Below are positions 48,495 to 57,749 of a stretch of DNA of 64,000 nt, piece by piece. Made by a program: the position numbers and the translations under genes. Below the pieces are notes generated by a model. It was given only the letters and a program-made list of their open reading frames with translations. It ran no database searches and was not told the origin of the DNA. The stretch comes from an uncultured Bacteroidales bacterium (lineage in GTDB: Bacteria > Bacteroidota > Bacteroidia > Bacteroidales > UBA932), in NCBI GenBank assembly GCA_947179325.1, contig CAMXAU010000014.1, forward strand, positions 1,532 through 65,531. The letters are read 5' to 3'. Positions within the stretch are counted from its first letter, which is position 1; each line of letters starts with the position of its first letter.

Positions 48495-50306
48495 ATGAAG
48501 AAACTTTATATACTTATTGCGGCGGCTCTTGCCCTGCTCTCATGCACAAAGCAGGAGACCGACACAGTCCCGTTCATATTCCGGGGCACCACTGTCGCCG
48601 AATTCAACAGCCAGGCTGCAGACGACAATTATTACTATTACCTGACAGGCACAATCGCAGAAATCATCGATGCCGCCAACTCCCATTTCATCCTTCAGGA
48701 CGGGACTGGTGAAGTGCTTGTCTACGGCCTGTGGCGGAACATCCATGGGAAGAGAATCCGGAACATGGGGGACTACAAGGCCGGTGACAACATTACAATC
48801 GCTGCATTGAAAGGCAAGTTCGCCGATGAGCCTTATGCCAAAGAAGCGTATGTCGTGGATGTGGACAAGGCAAAGATGTGGGTGACCCCTACCGATACCC
48901 ACCTTCCTGACGCAGGCGGTGAAATCGAGCTGAAGGTGTTCACTGACGGGGCTTTCACACTTGCCGCGTCCGAGGACTGGATAAAGGTGGGGGAGGCTGA
49001 CGGCAATATAATACCGGTTGAAATCGCTGCAAACGAAAGCATATTTGTGCGTTTCGGCTACATCAATGTAAGGTCAGCTGACATGACCATAAGGGTAAAG
49101 GTCACCCAGGACGGCTATCTTCCGCAGCTCAGCACGATGAAGGAAGCAATTCTTATGGACTATGCCAGGGTCGAGGGAACCGTCCTCGCCATTGTGGAAG
49201 ACGGCTATCTTCTTGCAGACCGGACAGGTGTCCTTTTTGTCTCTACGACAAAATTCAACGGGATATACCCCGGAGCCACATTGTCCGTGACAGGAAGCCT
49301 CGGGACAGCCGACTATATGACAAGGCTGACTCCAGAGCTTACGGCTGCCGTGCAGATTGAACCTTTGCCTTCTGCGGAGCCGAGAGTCCTTGGCACAGAT
49401 GAAATCAACTCCATAATTGCCGGGGCATCCTCCAAGGACCCGGGCAAGGCCGGAAACCTGGAATATGAATTTGTAAGGGTAGGCGGCACCATTGTGCTCA
49501 TTGACGGCAAGACAAGGCTTGTGTCAGACGGCAAGGCAATCAATGTCGAGCCGTACAAGGCCGGGGCGGAACTTAATTTTGACGACCTCAACGGCCATCA
49601 GCTCGAGCTGGACGGCTACATTGTCTCGCTTTCGGGCGGCACTCTCAAAATGATTGTCACGGGCTATGAGGATGTTCCTGTCGTGAGCCGGATAACAATA
49701 GACGGAGACTATTCCGACTGGGACGGCCTGGAGGACATGACACCTGGCAATGACATGAGTGCATCGCACAACCTGAAGCCGGTGGTGAAGCTGCACTGCG
49801 AGAACGGCTATGTCTACGGCTACATAAGGGTGGACAAGAGCGAAGAGAACGGAGGTTTCCCTAAAGACCCTGAAAGCCAGTATCTCCTTAAGATTGCCGG
49901 ACGCTTCTATGTGTGGATTGACAATGATGACACTGCTGAGGGCCAGGGCGGCGGATGGCTGTTCGATCCTCAGCGCTATGACAATGTCATCTGCTACCGC
50001 ATCACAAGCACAGCCGGAGGCTGGACAGGCTGGTCGACAGTTGCCCCGCGCGCAAATGAATACTATGGTGCATGCGTTGTCGGCAACAAGCATACGGACG
50101 ATGAAAGCAACAAGGACACAGTCGGGTATATGGCGACAACTGTTGACGGGGACATCCTTGAGGGCGAATTCTCGTTCCTTGCAGCCAAAGTCGGTCTTTT
50201 CGGAAAGGACAAGGCCGTGATAGGGCTTGAGATAGGATGGGACAACGGATTCAACACCGGTGCCGCCTCTCTCGGAAAGAAAGGTTATGAAATAAATTTG
50301 AATTAG
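48495..50306 (+). CDS. Surface lipoprotein: OB-fold-like repeats, BACON-like domain, C-terminal DOMON/CBM9-like module
   Basis: Lipobox LLSC; DGTGEVLVYG; ASEDWIKV; ITIDGDYSDW. Confidence 0.65.
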   Translation: MKKLYILIAAALALLSCTKQETDTVPFIFRGTTVAEFNSQAADDNYYYYLTGTIAEIIDAANSHFILQDGTGEVLVYGLWRNIHGKRIRNMGDYKAGDNITIAALKGKFADEPYAKEAYVVDVDKAKMWVTPTDTHLPDAGGEIELKVFTDGAFTLAASEDWIKVGEADGNIIPVEIAANESIFVRFGYINVRSADMTIRVKVTQDGYLPQLSTMKEAILMDYARVEGTVLAIVEDGYLLADRTGVLFVSTTKFNGIYPGATLSVTGSLGTADYMTRLTPELTAAVQIEPLPSAEPRVLGTDEINSIIAGASSKDPGKAGNLEYEFVRVGGTIVLIDGKTRLVSDGKAINVEPYKAGAELNFDDLNGHQLELDGYIVSLSGGTLKMIVTGYEDVPVVSRITIDGDYSDWDGLEDMTPGNDMSASHNLKPVVKLHCENGYVYGYIRVDKSEENGGFPKDPESQYLLKIAGRFYVWIDNDDTAEGQGGGWLFDPQRYDNVICYRITSTAGGWTGWSTVAPRANEYYGACVVGNKHTDDESNKDTVGYMATTVDGDILEGEFSFLAAKVGLFGKDKAVIGLEIGWDNGFNTGAASLGKKGYEINLN

Positions 50307-50315
50307 TGTAGAGAG

Positions 50316-51251
50316 ATGAAAAGATTCTTTTATTTAGTAGTGGTTCTGGCGGTGATACCTGTTCTGTCGTGTACAGAACAGGCGTCACTTAAATTCATTG
50401 AACAGGACGGCGTATGGGTGCCTGACCAAAGGTCGCTCACTTCATTTGCCGGCAGATTGCAGCAGGCAGACATGGCCGGGGCGTCGGCCATGATATCCAG
50501 GGCCTTTGCAGAGGCGGACAGTCTCGGTGCGCTGAAATCCACCTCTGAAACTGTCGCACGTCTTTCTGATGGACTTTATTCAAGGCTTACAGGGGAAGGG
50601 GCGTCCATGAGGGATTATGAACTTGCAGAGGCAATGCTCGGCAGGGAAGTGCTCTGCTCGACTCTTGACCCGATCGATTTCAAGAGGATTGACTACAAGC
50701 GGGGACGGCTGAACCTTAACCGCCCCGGTTTCATGGTAAATGACTTTCCTGTAGTATCGGCTGACGGGAGCGAATGCATGCTCAGGGAACTTTTTACAGA
50801 AAGGACGCTCCTTTTCATATATGGCGCAGAATGTAAAGAATGCGACAGGATGGTGAAGGATATACAGCGTTCTCCATTCATCAGAAAGGCAAAGGCAGAC
50901 TCGTCCCTGAACCTTGTCGCTCTCTATACGGGAGAAGACAGAGGTGGATTCAAGCCAGGTCTTGAGGGCTGGACCAATGTCATTGACAGGGACAATGCGG
51001 TCATTTATGAAAACGCATTTGACAGCGGAATGGTCCCGTCTTTTTATCTTATTTCTGAAAATTGCATTGTTGACCTGAAGGCTGCGCGTTCCCTGAAAGA
51101 AGTGGAAAAAGCTGATGCGGCCGCCCGCCTGACAAGCCTGGATATTGCCCTGGAGCCGTCTGAGCTGGCCTGGGGGGGGCAAGATAGCAGATGGGCAATA
51201 CATGCCCTTCAGGGACAGTTCTTACCTGACCCTGTACGAAAACGGAGGTAA
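50316..51251 (+). CDS. DUF5106/thioredoxin-like lipoprotein; N-terminal part of a frameshifted fusion with GH31
   Basis: Lipobox VLSC; NRPG..VNDF, TLLFIY.AECKEC, VPSFYLI; its last in-register residues (DIALEPSELAWGG) look like a GH31 N-terminus. Confidence 0.7.
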   Translation: MKRFFYLVVVLAVIPVLSCTEQASLKFIEQDGVWVPDQRSLTSFAGRLQQADMAGASAMISRAFAEADSLGALKSTSETVARLSDGLYSRLTGEGASMRDYELAEAMLGREVLCSTLDPIDFKRIDYKRGRLNLNRPGFMVNDFPVVSADGSECMLRELFTERTLLFIYGAECKECDRMVKDIQRSPFIRKAKADSSLNLVALYTGEDRGGFKPGLEGWTNVIDRDNAVIYENAFDSGMVPSFYLISENCIVDLKAARSLKEVEKADAAARLTSLDIALEPSELAWGGQDSRWAIHALQGQFLPDPVRKRR

Positions 51252-52635
51252 CCAGGTCCAGCCTCTCATCCTCACAAGCCATGGGCGTTATGTCTGGAGC
51301 GATCAGCCGTTCAAGTACAGTATCAGGGACGGTGTCCTCCATATCGAAGACGCACTGGCAGAAATCAACACGGCAAAGGTCGGCAGCTCTCTTGCTGATG
51401 CCTATCGTTTCGCCCAGAAGGCATTCTTCCCGGTAGAGGGCCTGCTCCCTCCTGTGGAATTCTTTGAAAAGCCTCAATGGAATACCTGGATAGAGCTTCA
51501 GTACAATCAGAACCAGAAAGATATCCTTGAGTATGCCCGTGGAATAATCCGCAACGGGCTTCCTGCCGGCATCATCATGATTGACGACACATGGCAGGAG
51601 GACTATGGCAAGTGGGTGTTCCATCCGGGCCGCTTCCCTGACCCTAAGGCCATGTGTGACGAACTGCACCGCATGGGATTCAAGGTCATGCTTTGGGTGA
51701 CTCCTTTTGTCAGCATGGACCAGTATGAAATCTGCGTAAGGGTCGGTGACGGCTTCCTCAAGAAAGAAGGGACCGGGACCTATCCTGTCTACTGGTGGAA
51801 CGGATACTCAGCTTCGATAGACTTCTCAAGCGAACAGGGATACAGATGGTTCGACGAAGAACTCGGCAGGCTCGTCGATGAGTTCGGCGTGGACGGATTC
51901 AAGTTCGATGCCGGCGACTTCAACCTCTTCCCTTCTGATGCAATCTCTGCAGGAGGCATGACTGCATGGGAATACTGCGCGGCATTTGCCGGCTTCGGCG
52001 AGAAATATCCTTACAATGAATTCCGTGCTGCATGGAAATCCGGAGGCAAGCCGCTGGTCCAGAGGCTTCACGACAAGGGACATTCATGGCAGGCTCTCAA
52101 CGCACTCATCCCTGAGATGATGGCTGCCAACCTTAACGGATACTGGTTCTGTGCCCCGGACATGATCGGGGGAGGCAGCTTCGCCTCTTTCCTGCCGGGA
52201 TGTGTGATCGACAGTGACCTTGTGGTGCGTTCCGCACAGGTCCATGCTCTCATGCCTATGATGCAGTTCTCTGTGGCTCCATGGAGGATTCTTGACAAGG
52301 AACATCTTGATGCGGTGCTTGAGGCCGTCAGGATAAGGGACCGTTTCCTGGACAGGATAGTCTCCCTTATGCATAAGGCTTCGGTGTCAGGTGAGCCAGT
52401 CGTTGCACCGCTTGAGTTTTGGTTTCCTCATCAGGGGCTTGCAGAAGTGAAGAACCAGTTCATGCTCGGTCCTGACGTCATGGTTGCACCTATGACAGAG
52501 CCGGGTACTGTGCGTACTGTGGCCCTCCCTCGCGGGAAATGGCTTTCTGATGACGGTGTCATCTATGAAGGCGGCCAGGATATAACAGTTGAAGTCCCTT
52601 TGGAGAGAATCCCGTATTTCTATGCTGTTCAATGA
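51145..52635 (+). CDS. GH31 glycosidase, MYORG/NET37-like (no own start or signal; in frame with the upstream ORF if G7)
   Basis: PQWNTWIEL, MIDDTWQ, RFPDPK, nucleophile KFDAGD, acid/base PDMIGG, MMQFSVAPW, QFMLG. Confidence 0.88.
   Translation: MPWSRLSWPGGGKIADGQYMPFRDSSYLTLYENGGNQVQPLILTSHGRYVWSDQPFKYSIRDGVLHIEDALAEINTAKVGSSLADAYRFAQKAFFPVEGLLPPVEFFEKPQWNTWIELQYNQNQKDILEYARGIIRNGLPAGIIMIDDTWQEDYGKWVFHPGRFPDPKAMCDELHRMGFKVMLWVTPFVSMDQYEICVRVGDGFLKKEGTGTYPVYWWNGYSASIDFSSEQGYRWFDEELGRLVDEFGVDGFKFDAGDFNLFPSDAISAGGMTAWEYCAAFAGFGEKYPYNEFRAAWKSGGKPLVQRLHDKGHSWQALNALIPEMMAANLNGYWFCAPDMIGGGSFASFLPGCVIDSDLVVRSAQVHALMPMMQFSVAPWRILDKEHLDAVLEAVRIRDRFLDRIVSLMHKASVSGEPVVAPLEFWFPHQGLAEVKNQFMLGPDVMVAPMTEPGTVRTVALPRGKWLSDDGVIYEGGQDITVEVPLERIPYFYAVQ
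51172..51179 (+). repeat. G8 homopolymer at the frameshift junction
   Basis: GCC T GGGGGGGG C AAG; removing one G joins 50316.. to ..52635 in frame. Confidence 0.9.
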
Positions 52636-53170
52636 GACTGAGCTGATTGTAAAGATGAAGAATGACTCCCGCGAGGCGTTCTTCATCTTTTATCAGAAAT
52701 ACCTGCCGCTGGTGGAGAATTTCGCTTTGTCGCTGGTCAAGGAACCTGATGTGGCAAAGGAGATTTCCCAGAATGTCTTCATAAAGATCTGGGACAGGAG
52801 ACGGAAACTGGAGAATGTGGACTCTTTCAAGTCATACCTTTTCAGGATGACAAAGAATGCAGTCTATGACTATTTCCGTTCATGCAGGGGCAGGGCATTG
52901 GTAAGCCTTGACGAGATGTCGGAGAATATCAGCCTGGGCGATTTTTCAATAGACACGGGCGGCCCGGACATAGACTCCAAGAATCTGCTGATGAAAGTCC
53001 TCATTGAGATGGACAGGCTTCCTGAGAAATGCAGGAAGGTGTTCATCATGAGCAGGATGCTTGGAATGAAGAACCAGGAGATTGCAGACACTCTTGCCAT
53101 TTCGCTCAAGACCGTCGAATACCATATAACCAACGCCTTGGCGATTTTAAGAAAAAAAGTGAAAATATGA
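52622..53170 (+). CDS. ECF RNA polymerase sigma-70 factor (PUL type)
   Basis: AKEISQNVFIKIW, FKSYLFRMTKN, LPEKCRKVF.MSR, EIADTLAIS.KTVE.HI..AL; start overlaps the GH31 3' end. Confidence 0.95.
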   Translation: MLFNETELIVKMKNDSREAFFIFYQKYLPLVENFALSLVKEPDVAKEISQNVFIKIWDRRRKLENVDSFKSYLFRMTKNAVYDYFRSCRGRALVSLDEMSENISLGDFSIDTGGPDIDSKNLLMKVLIEMDRLPEKCRKVFIMSRMLGMKNQEIADTLAISLKTVEYHITNALAILRKKVKI

Positions 53171-53173
53171 CCC

Positions 53174-53203
53174 AGGGTAAATCCTTGCAGGCTCAGTCTT
53201 ATA
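53174..53203 (+). promoter_or_regulatory. Putative ECF-sigma promoter AGGGTA-N15-AGTCTTATA upstream of the anti-sigma gene
   Basis: Fills the 37-bp sigma/anti-sigma gap; same motif at 19183 and 37720. Confidence 0.6.
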
Positions 53204-53207
53204 GGCG

Positions 53208-54197
53208 ATGAGAAACAGAAGCGTCATATACAATATCATAGACTCTTTCATGCGTCATGATAATCCGTCAGAGCCGGTCCGGGGATTTTTCCGCAGCTGG
53301 CTCATCGATGATGAACACAAGGATGAGAAAAGCATGGCCCTGGAGGACCAGTGGAGCAGGATGAATGATGTCCTGGATGCCATAGACGGGCCTGGGGATG
53401 GCCGGGTGCAATATGAAATGCTGGAGCATATGGAGAAGACAGGGAAGAGAAGAGGGTTCTATATGCGCTGGCATGTGGCGGCATCGCTGCTTGTCGTCTT
53501 TGCCGGCCTTGCCGCATATTCAGCCTGGTCTTCGCGGAATGCAGCCGGGACAGACAGGATGTGCTATGTCACAGGGCAAGGCTCCAAGGGGGAATTCTTT
53601 CTTCCTGACGGCTCGCATGTGTGGATGAACGCAAATTCCAGGCTGGAGTTCTCCGGTGATTTCGGCATGGGTGACGAGAGGAGGGTATCTGTGGATGGAG
53701 AGGCGTTTTTCGATGTGGTCAAGGACAGACGTCCGTTCATCGTTTCCCTTGGTGATGAAGTGAACGTAAAGGTCCATGGGACAAGGTTCAATGTCCGCAA
53801 TTCGGAAATCTTCGAGTCTGTCCAGGTCGCCTTGCAGTCCGGTTCCGTTGAAATCGTCAACGGCGGCAGCCAGAGGACAATGCTTGCTCCAGGATGCTGC
53901 TATACCTTCAACCCCTCCAGGGGGACATACAGTATATCCCATGTCAACACTGCCAATTTCAGCAACTGGACAAAGCCTGCCGTGGTCTTCAGGGATGAAA
54001 CCCTTGGAGATGTACTGACCACTCTGGAGCATTGGTATAACACGAAGATAACAGTGGAGAAAGGTGTGGACATAACGCTGTCCCTCTCCTTTACCTTGAA
54101 GAACGAGCCTATGGACGATACATTCCTGCTGCTGCAGACCTTGACAAGATACCGGTGCACGGTCGTTGACGGCAGCCATGTGGTGATTTCACGGTAA
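53208..54197 (+). CDS. FecR-family anti-sigma factor
   Basis: TM (AASLLVV), LPDGSHVWMNANS, GEAFFDV, GTRFNV, LEHWYN. Confidence 0.93.
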   Translation: MRNRSVIYNIIDSFMRHDNPSEPVRGFFRSWLIDDEHKDEKSMALEDQWSRMNDVLDAIDGPGDGRVQYEMLEHMEKTGKRRGFYMRWHVAASLLVVFAGLAAYSAWSSRNAAGTDRMCYVTGQGSKGEFFLPDGSHVWMNANSRLEFSGDFGMGDERRVSVDGEAFFDVVKDRRPFIVSLGDEVNVKVHGTRFNVRNSEIFESVQVALQSGSVEIVNGGSQRTMLAPGCCYTFNPSRGTYSISHVNTANFSNWTKPAVVFRDETLGDVLTTLEHWYNTKITVEKGVDITLSLSFTLKNEPMDDTFLLLQTLTRYRCTVVDGSHVVISR

Positions 54198-54234
54198 AGA
54201 CAATTATGTAACCCAACACTAAACTATAATTTTA

Positions 54235-57200
54235 ATGAAAAGTAGACTAATCAGTATTCTGCTCTTGCTTGCTGTCCTGTCCGGTCTTGTCCCGGTCTAT
54301 GGGCAGACCAGGAGTGTCACTGTCCATGAGGGCAGGATTGAGGCAGGCGAGTTTCTGCAGATCCTTGAAAAGCAGACCGGCTACACTTTTGCGTACAAGA
54401 CTTCTGACATTGACCTGTCGGCTGTTGTCGATGCGGATGCGGACGGGGAAGATATTCTGACCGTTCTTAGGCAGGCCTTGTCTTCGCAAAACCTTGACTT
54501 TACGCTCTCCGGGACAAGGATTGTCATTTCCAGGAAGGAACAGGGGCAGTCCACGGATAAAGGACGCCATGTCTCCGGAAGGGTCCTTGATCCAGACAAT
54601 AGCCCTGTGATAGGGGCTGTGGTCATGACCTCAGGCCTGAACGGTACCGTCACGGATGAGAACGGTGCTTTCCGGCTTGCTCTTTCCGGAGGAGAGAATT
54701 CAATTACCGTCGAATGTCTCGGCTATTCCTCCAAGAAGGTCAATCTCACCTCTTCGCAGGACAATCTTGTGATATATCTTGCAGAAGATGCGATGAATAT
54801 CGAGGAGACAGTTGTAGTCGGCTACGGTGTGCAGAAAAAGATAAACCTTACCGGAGCGATATCAACTGTCGAGACGAAGGCATTGGCTGACCGTCCTTCA
54901 CAGGATCTGGGACATATGCTGCAGGGCTCGGTGCCGGGTCTTTTTGTGACCACTTCAAGCGGGGACCCCGAGGCTGAAATATCAATCAACATCCGTGGAT
55001 ATAATTCAATCAATGGTGGTAAGCCTCTTGTCCTCATTGACGGCGTTGAGGGAGACATGACTATAGTCAATCCAGCTGACGTGGAGTCTATATCTGTCAT
55101 CAAGGATGCATCGTCCGCCGCAATCTATGGAGCGCGTGCATCTTTCGGAGTCGTTCTGATAACAACGAAGAGCGGTTCTGCCAATGACGGCAAGCCGACT
55201 GTCCGCTATAACGGAAAAGTTGGATTCTCCGCCCCGACAACCCGTACCGACTACGAGACGACAGGCTATTGGTCAGTGTATATAAATGACTATTTCTACA
55301 ATAGCTCATTTGGCCGTAACTGGACAAGGTACACGGAAGAGGACATGAACCAGCTGTGGCTCAGGCGCAATGACAAGACCGAGAACCCTGAGCGTCCTTG
55401 GGTGCTTACAGAGATGCGTGACGGCAAGGAAAGCTATATCTATTATTGCAATACGGACTGGTATCACGAGATGTTCCGGGACATCAATCCTTTTACACAG
55501 CATAATGTCTCTGTCAACGGTGGGAACAAGTTCGTGAAATATTTCTTCTCGGCCGGCTACGAGCATAAGGAGGGAGTCTTCCAGGTCAGGCCGGAGAAAT
55601 TCAACAAGTACAATCTCCGCAGCAAGACTGACTTCGCTTTGACAAAGTGGATGACGCTGAGCAACAACATGAGTTTCTACACCACTGATTATGATTATCC
55701 GGGCAATGCCGGCCAAAACATCACTTTCCAGTATTCCGGATACCATGCCTTTGCCAGCATGCCGCTTCAGAATCCGGACGGCACATGGGTGTACAAGACC
55801 ATCTTCACTGATTCAAATGTCGCCAATGGCTGTCATATGGAGCTTGGGCAGGATACAAAGCAGAACCATAGATACAGGTACAATTTCTCCAATACGGCAG
55901 AGCTTTCTGTGCGTCCTGTGGAAGGGCTTGACATACGTGCGAACTTCACCTACACGATGGATATCAACAAGTCATGGAACAGGTCCACTCCAGCTACTTA
56001 TTCCAAATATCCAGATGTTATTGAGACAGATGACAACGGACGTTTCTGGAACCGTCTCCTTGAGACGCATGACCAGAGCAAATACATCTCGACTAACATC
56101 TACGGGACATATAACCGCACTTTTGGCGGGAATCATAATATGCAGCTGACAGCCGGATATAACTATGAGACATGGTATCAGAAAAAGCATTCCACCGAAG
56201 CGCACAACCTGTCTTCGCTCTACCTCAGTGACTATGAAATGGTCCTTCCCCTGGAAGACGGCACATATAACTGGAACATCCACGGAGGGCAAAGTGAATA
56301 TGCACTCCAGGGCTTCTTTGCCCGTGCAAATTATGACTATAAGGGAAAATACCTTTTCGAGGCCAGCATCCGTTTTGACGGTACATCACGTTTCGTAAGG
56401 GAGCACCGCTGGGGATATTTCCCGTCGGCATCGGCTGGATGGCGGTTCTCTGAGGAAGACTTCTTTGCCCCTGTCAAGGGATGGTGGGACCTGGCCAAGA
56501 TACGCTTCTCTGTCGGCTCTCTTGGCAACCAGCAGGTAGGCTACTATGATTTCATCAGGACAATAAATAAGAAGTCCGGCAGCTACATGTTCGAGGGAGA
56601 GACATCTATGGGCAGCATGGTCACGGTCTCGAACCCGAATGCATCGGACTTTACATGGGAGACTACCAACCATTACAACCTCGGACTGGATATGGCTTTC
56701 TTCGGCAACAGGCTGGCCTTTACCGGTGAGGCCTATATAAGGCAGACAAAGGGCATGCTGACATCAGGAGAACCTCTTCCGGAGGTCTATGGTGCAGGCT
56801 CCCCGATGAAAAATGCCGCGGACCTGTGTTCTTACGGATACGAGCTCTCGCTGGAATGGAAAGATGCATTTGCATTGGGAAGCAAGCCGTTTTCGTACAG
56901 TGTAAGGGCTACATTGAGTGACTATGTCACCAAAATAACAAAGTTCAAGAATCCGACACGCCTCCTTGGCTCATACTATGAAGGGATGACCATAGGCGAG
57001 ATCTGGGGCTATACGACAGACGGGTTCTTCAAGACAGACGAAGAGGCTCAGGCTTATGCAAAGCAGGTCGACCTCTCGGACATCGCCGCAGGGCTGAACG
57101 ACGGATGGCGCGCCGGAGACCTGAAATATCTGGATCTGAATTCTGACGGCATAATCAATTCCGGAGGCTATAGCGTAGACTCTCCCGGAGACAAGAAAAT

Positions 57201-57738
57201 CATAGGAAATACAGAGCCTCGCTGGCAGTATGGAATAACACTTTCCGCCTCCTGGAACGGTATTGACATCTCAACTTTCATTCAGGGAATCGGGCGGATA
57301 AACATGTATCCGGACGGTGAAAACCGTGCTTTCTGGAACTGCTATACGCAGATACCGCTTTCTTTCCTTCCTAAGAATTATATGGACAATATCTGGTCTG
57401 AAGACAATCCTGGTGCCTATTTCTCAAGGCCGAGAGCGGAGATAGCCAAAGATGGAAACTCGTATTTGGGCACAGTAAATGACCATTATCTGCAGAATAT
57501 CGGATATATCAGGATGAGAAACCTCACGGTAGGCTATTCATTGCCGGTTTCTGTGTGCAGGAAAGCTAAGTTTGACAGTCTCCGGATCTATCTTTCAGGG
57601 GAGAATCTGTGGTATTGGTCCCCTTTGCGCAAGGCAACAAAATATCTTGATCCGGAAATGGCCTATTCAAAGAAGCAGTTCGGATATGGCTATCCATGGC
57701 AGCGCACATTCGTTCTTGGACTGGACATAACATTCTAA
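54235..57738 (+). CDS. SusC-like TonB-dependent transducer with N-terminal signalling (STN) extension
   Basis: LEKQTGYTFAY STN-like region; KDASSAAIYGARASFGV; YPWQRTFVLGLDITF. Confidence 0.95.
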   Translation: MKSRLISILLLLAVLSGLVPVYGQTRSVTVHEGRIEAGEFLQILEKQTGYTFAYKTSDIDLSAVVDADADGEDILTVLRQALSSQNLDFTLSGTRIVISRKEQGQSTDKGRHVSGRVLDPDNSPVIGAVVMTSGLNGTVTDENGAFRLALSGGENSITVECLGYSSKKVNLTSSQDNLVIYLAEDAMNIEETVVVGYGVQKKINLTGAISTVETKALADRPSQDLGHMLQGSVPGLFVTTSSGDPEAEISINIRGYNSINGGKPLVLIDGVEGDMTIVNPADVESISVIKDASSAAIYGARASFGVVLITTKSGSANDGKPTVRYNGKVGFSAPTTRTDYETTGYWSVYINDYFYNSSFGRNWTRYTEEDMNQLWLRRNDKTENPERPWVLTEMRDGKESYIYYCNTDWYHEMFRDINPFTQHNVSVNGGNKFVKYFFSAGYEHKEGVFQVRPEKFNKYNLRSKTDFALTKWMTLSNNMSFYTTDYDYPGNAGQNITFQYSGYHAFASMPLQNPDGTWVYKTIFTDSNVANGCHMELGQDTKQNHRYRYNFSNTAELSVRPVEGLDIRANFTYTMDINKSWNRSTPATYSKYPDVIETDDNGRFWNRLLETHDQSKYISTNIYGTYNRTFGGNHNMQLTAGYNYETWYQKKHSTEAHNLSSLYLSDYEMVLPLEDGTYNWNIHGGQSEYALQGFFARANYDYKGKYLFEASIRFDGTSRFVREHRWGYFPSASAGWRFSEEDFFAPVKGWWDLAKIRFSVGSLGNQQVGYYDFIRTINKKSGSYMFEGETSMGSMVTVSNPNASDFTWETTNHYNLGLDMAFFGNRLAFTGEAYIRQTKGMLTSGEPLPEVYGAGSPMKNAADLCSYGYELSLEWKDAFALGSKPFSYSVRATLSDYVTKITKFKNPTRLLGSYYEGMTIGEIWGYTTDGFFKTDEEAQAYAKQVDLSDIAAGLNDGWRAGDLKYLDLNSDGIINSGGYSVDSPGDKKIIGNTEPRWQYGITLSASWNGIDISTFIQGIGRINMYPDGENRAFWNCYTQIPLSFLPKNYMDNIWSEDNPGAYFSRPRAEIAKDGNSYLGTVNDHYLQNIGYIRMRNLTVGYSLPVSVCRKAKFDSLRIYLSGENLWYWSPLRKATKYLDPEMAYSKKQFGYGYPWQRTFVLGLDITF

Positions 57739-57749
57739 ACATGCCGTAT

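Noticed and set aside
37790-54225. Identical 11-mer AACACTAAACT before two start codons (37790, 54215)
   Set aside because: A/C-rich translation-initiation regions are normal in Bacteroidetes; insufficient for a regulatory call.
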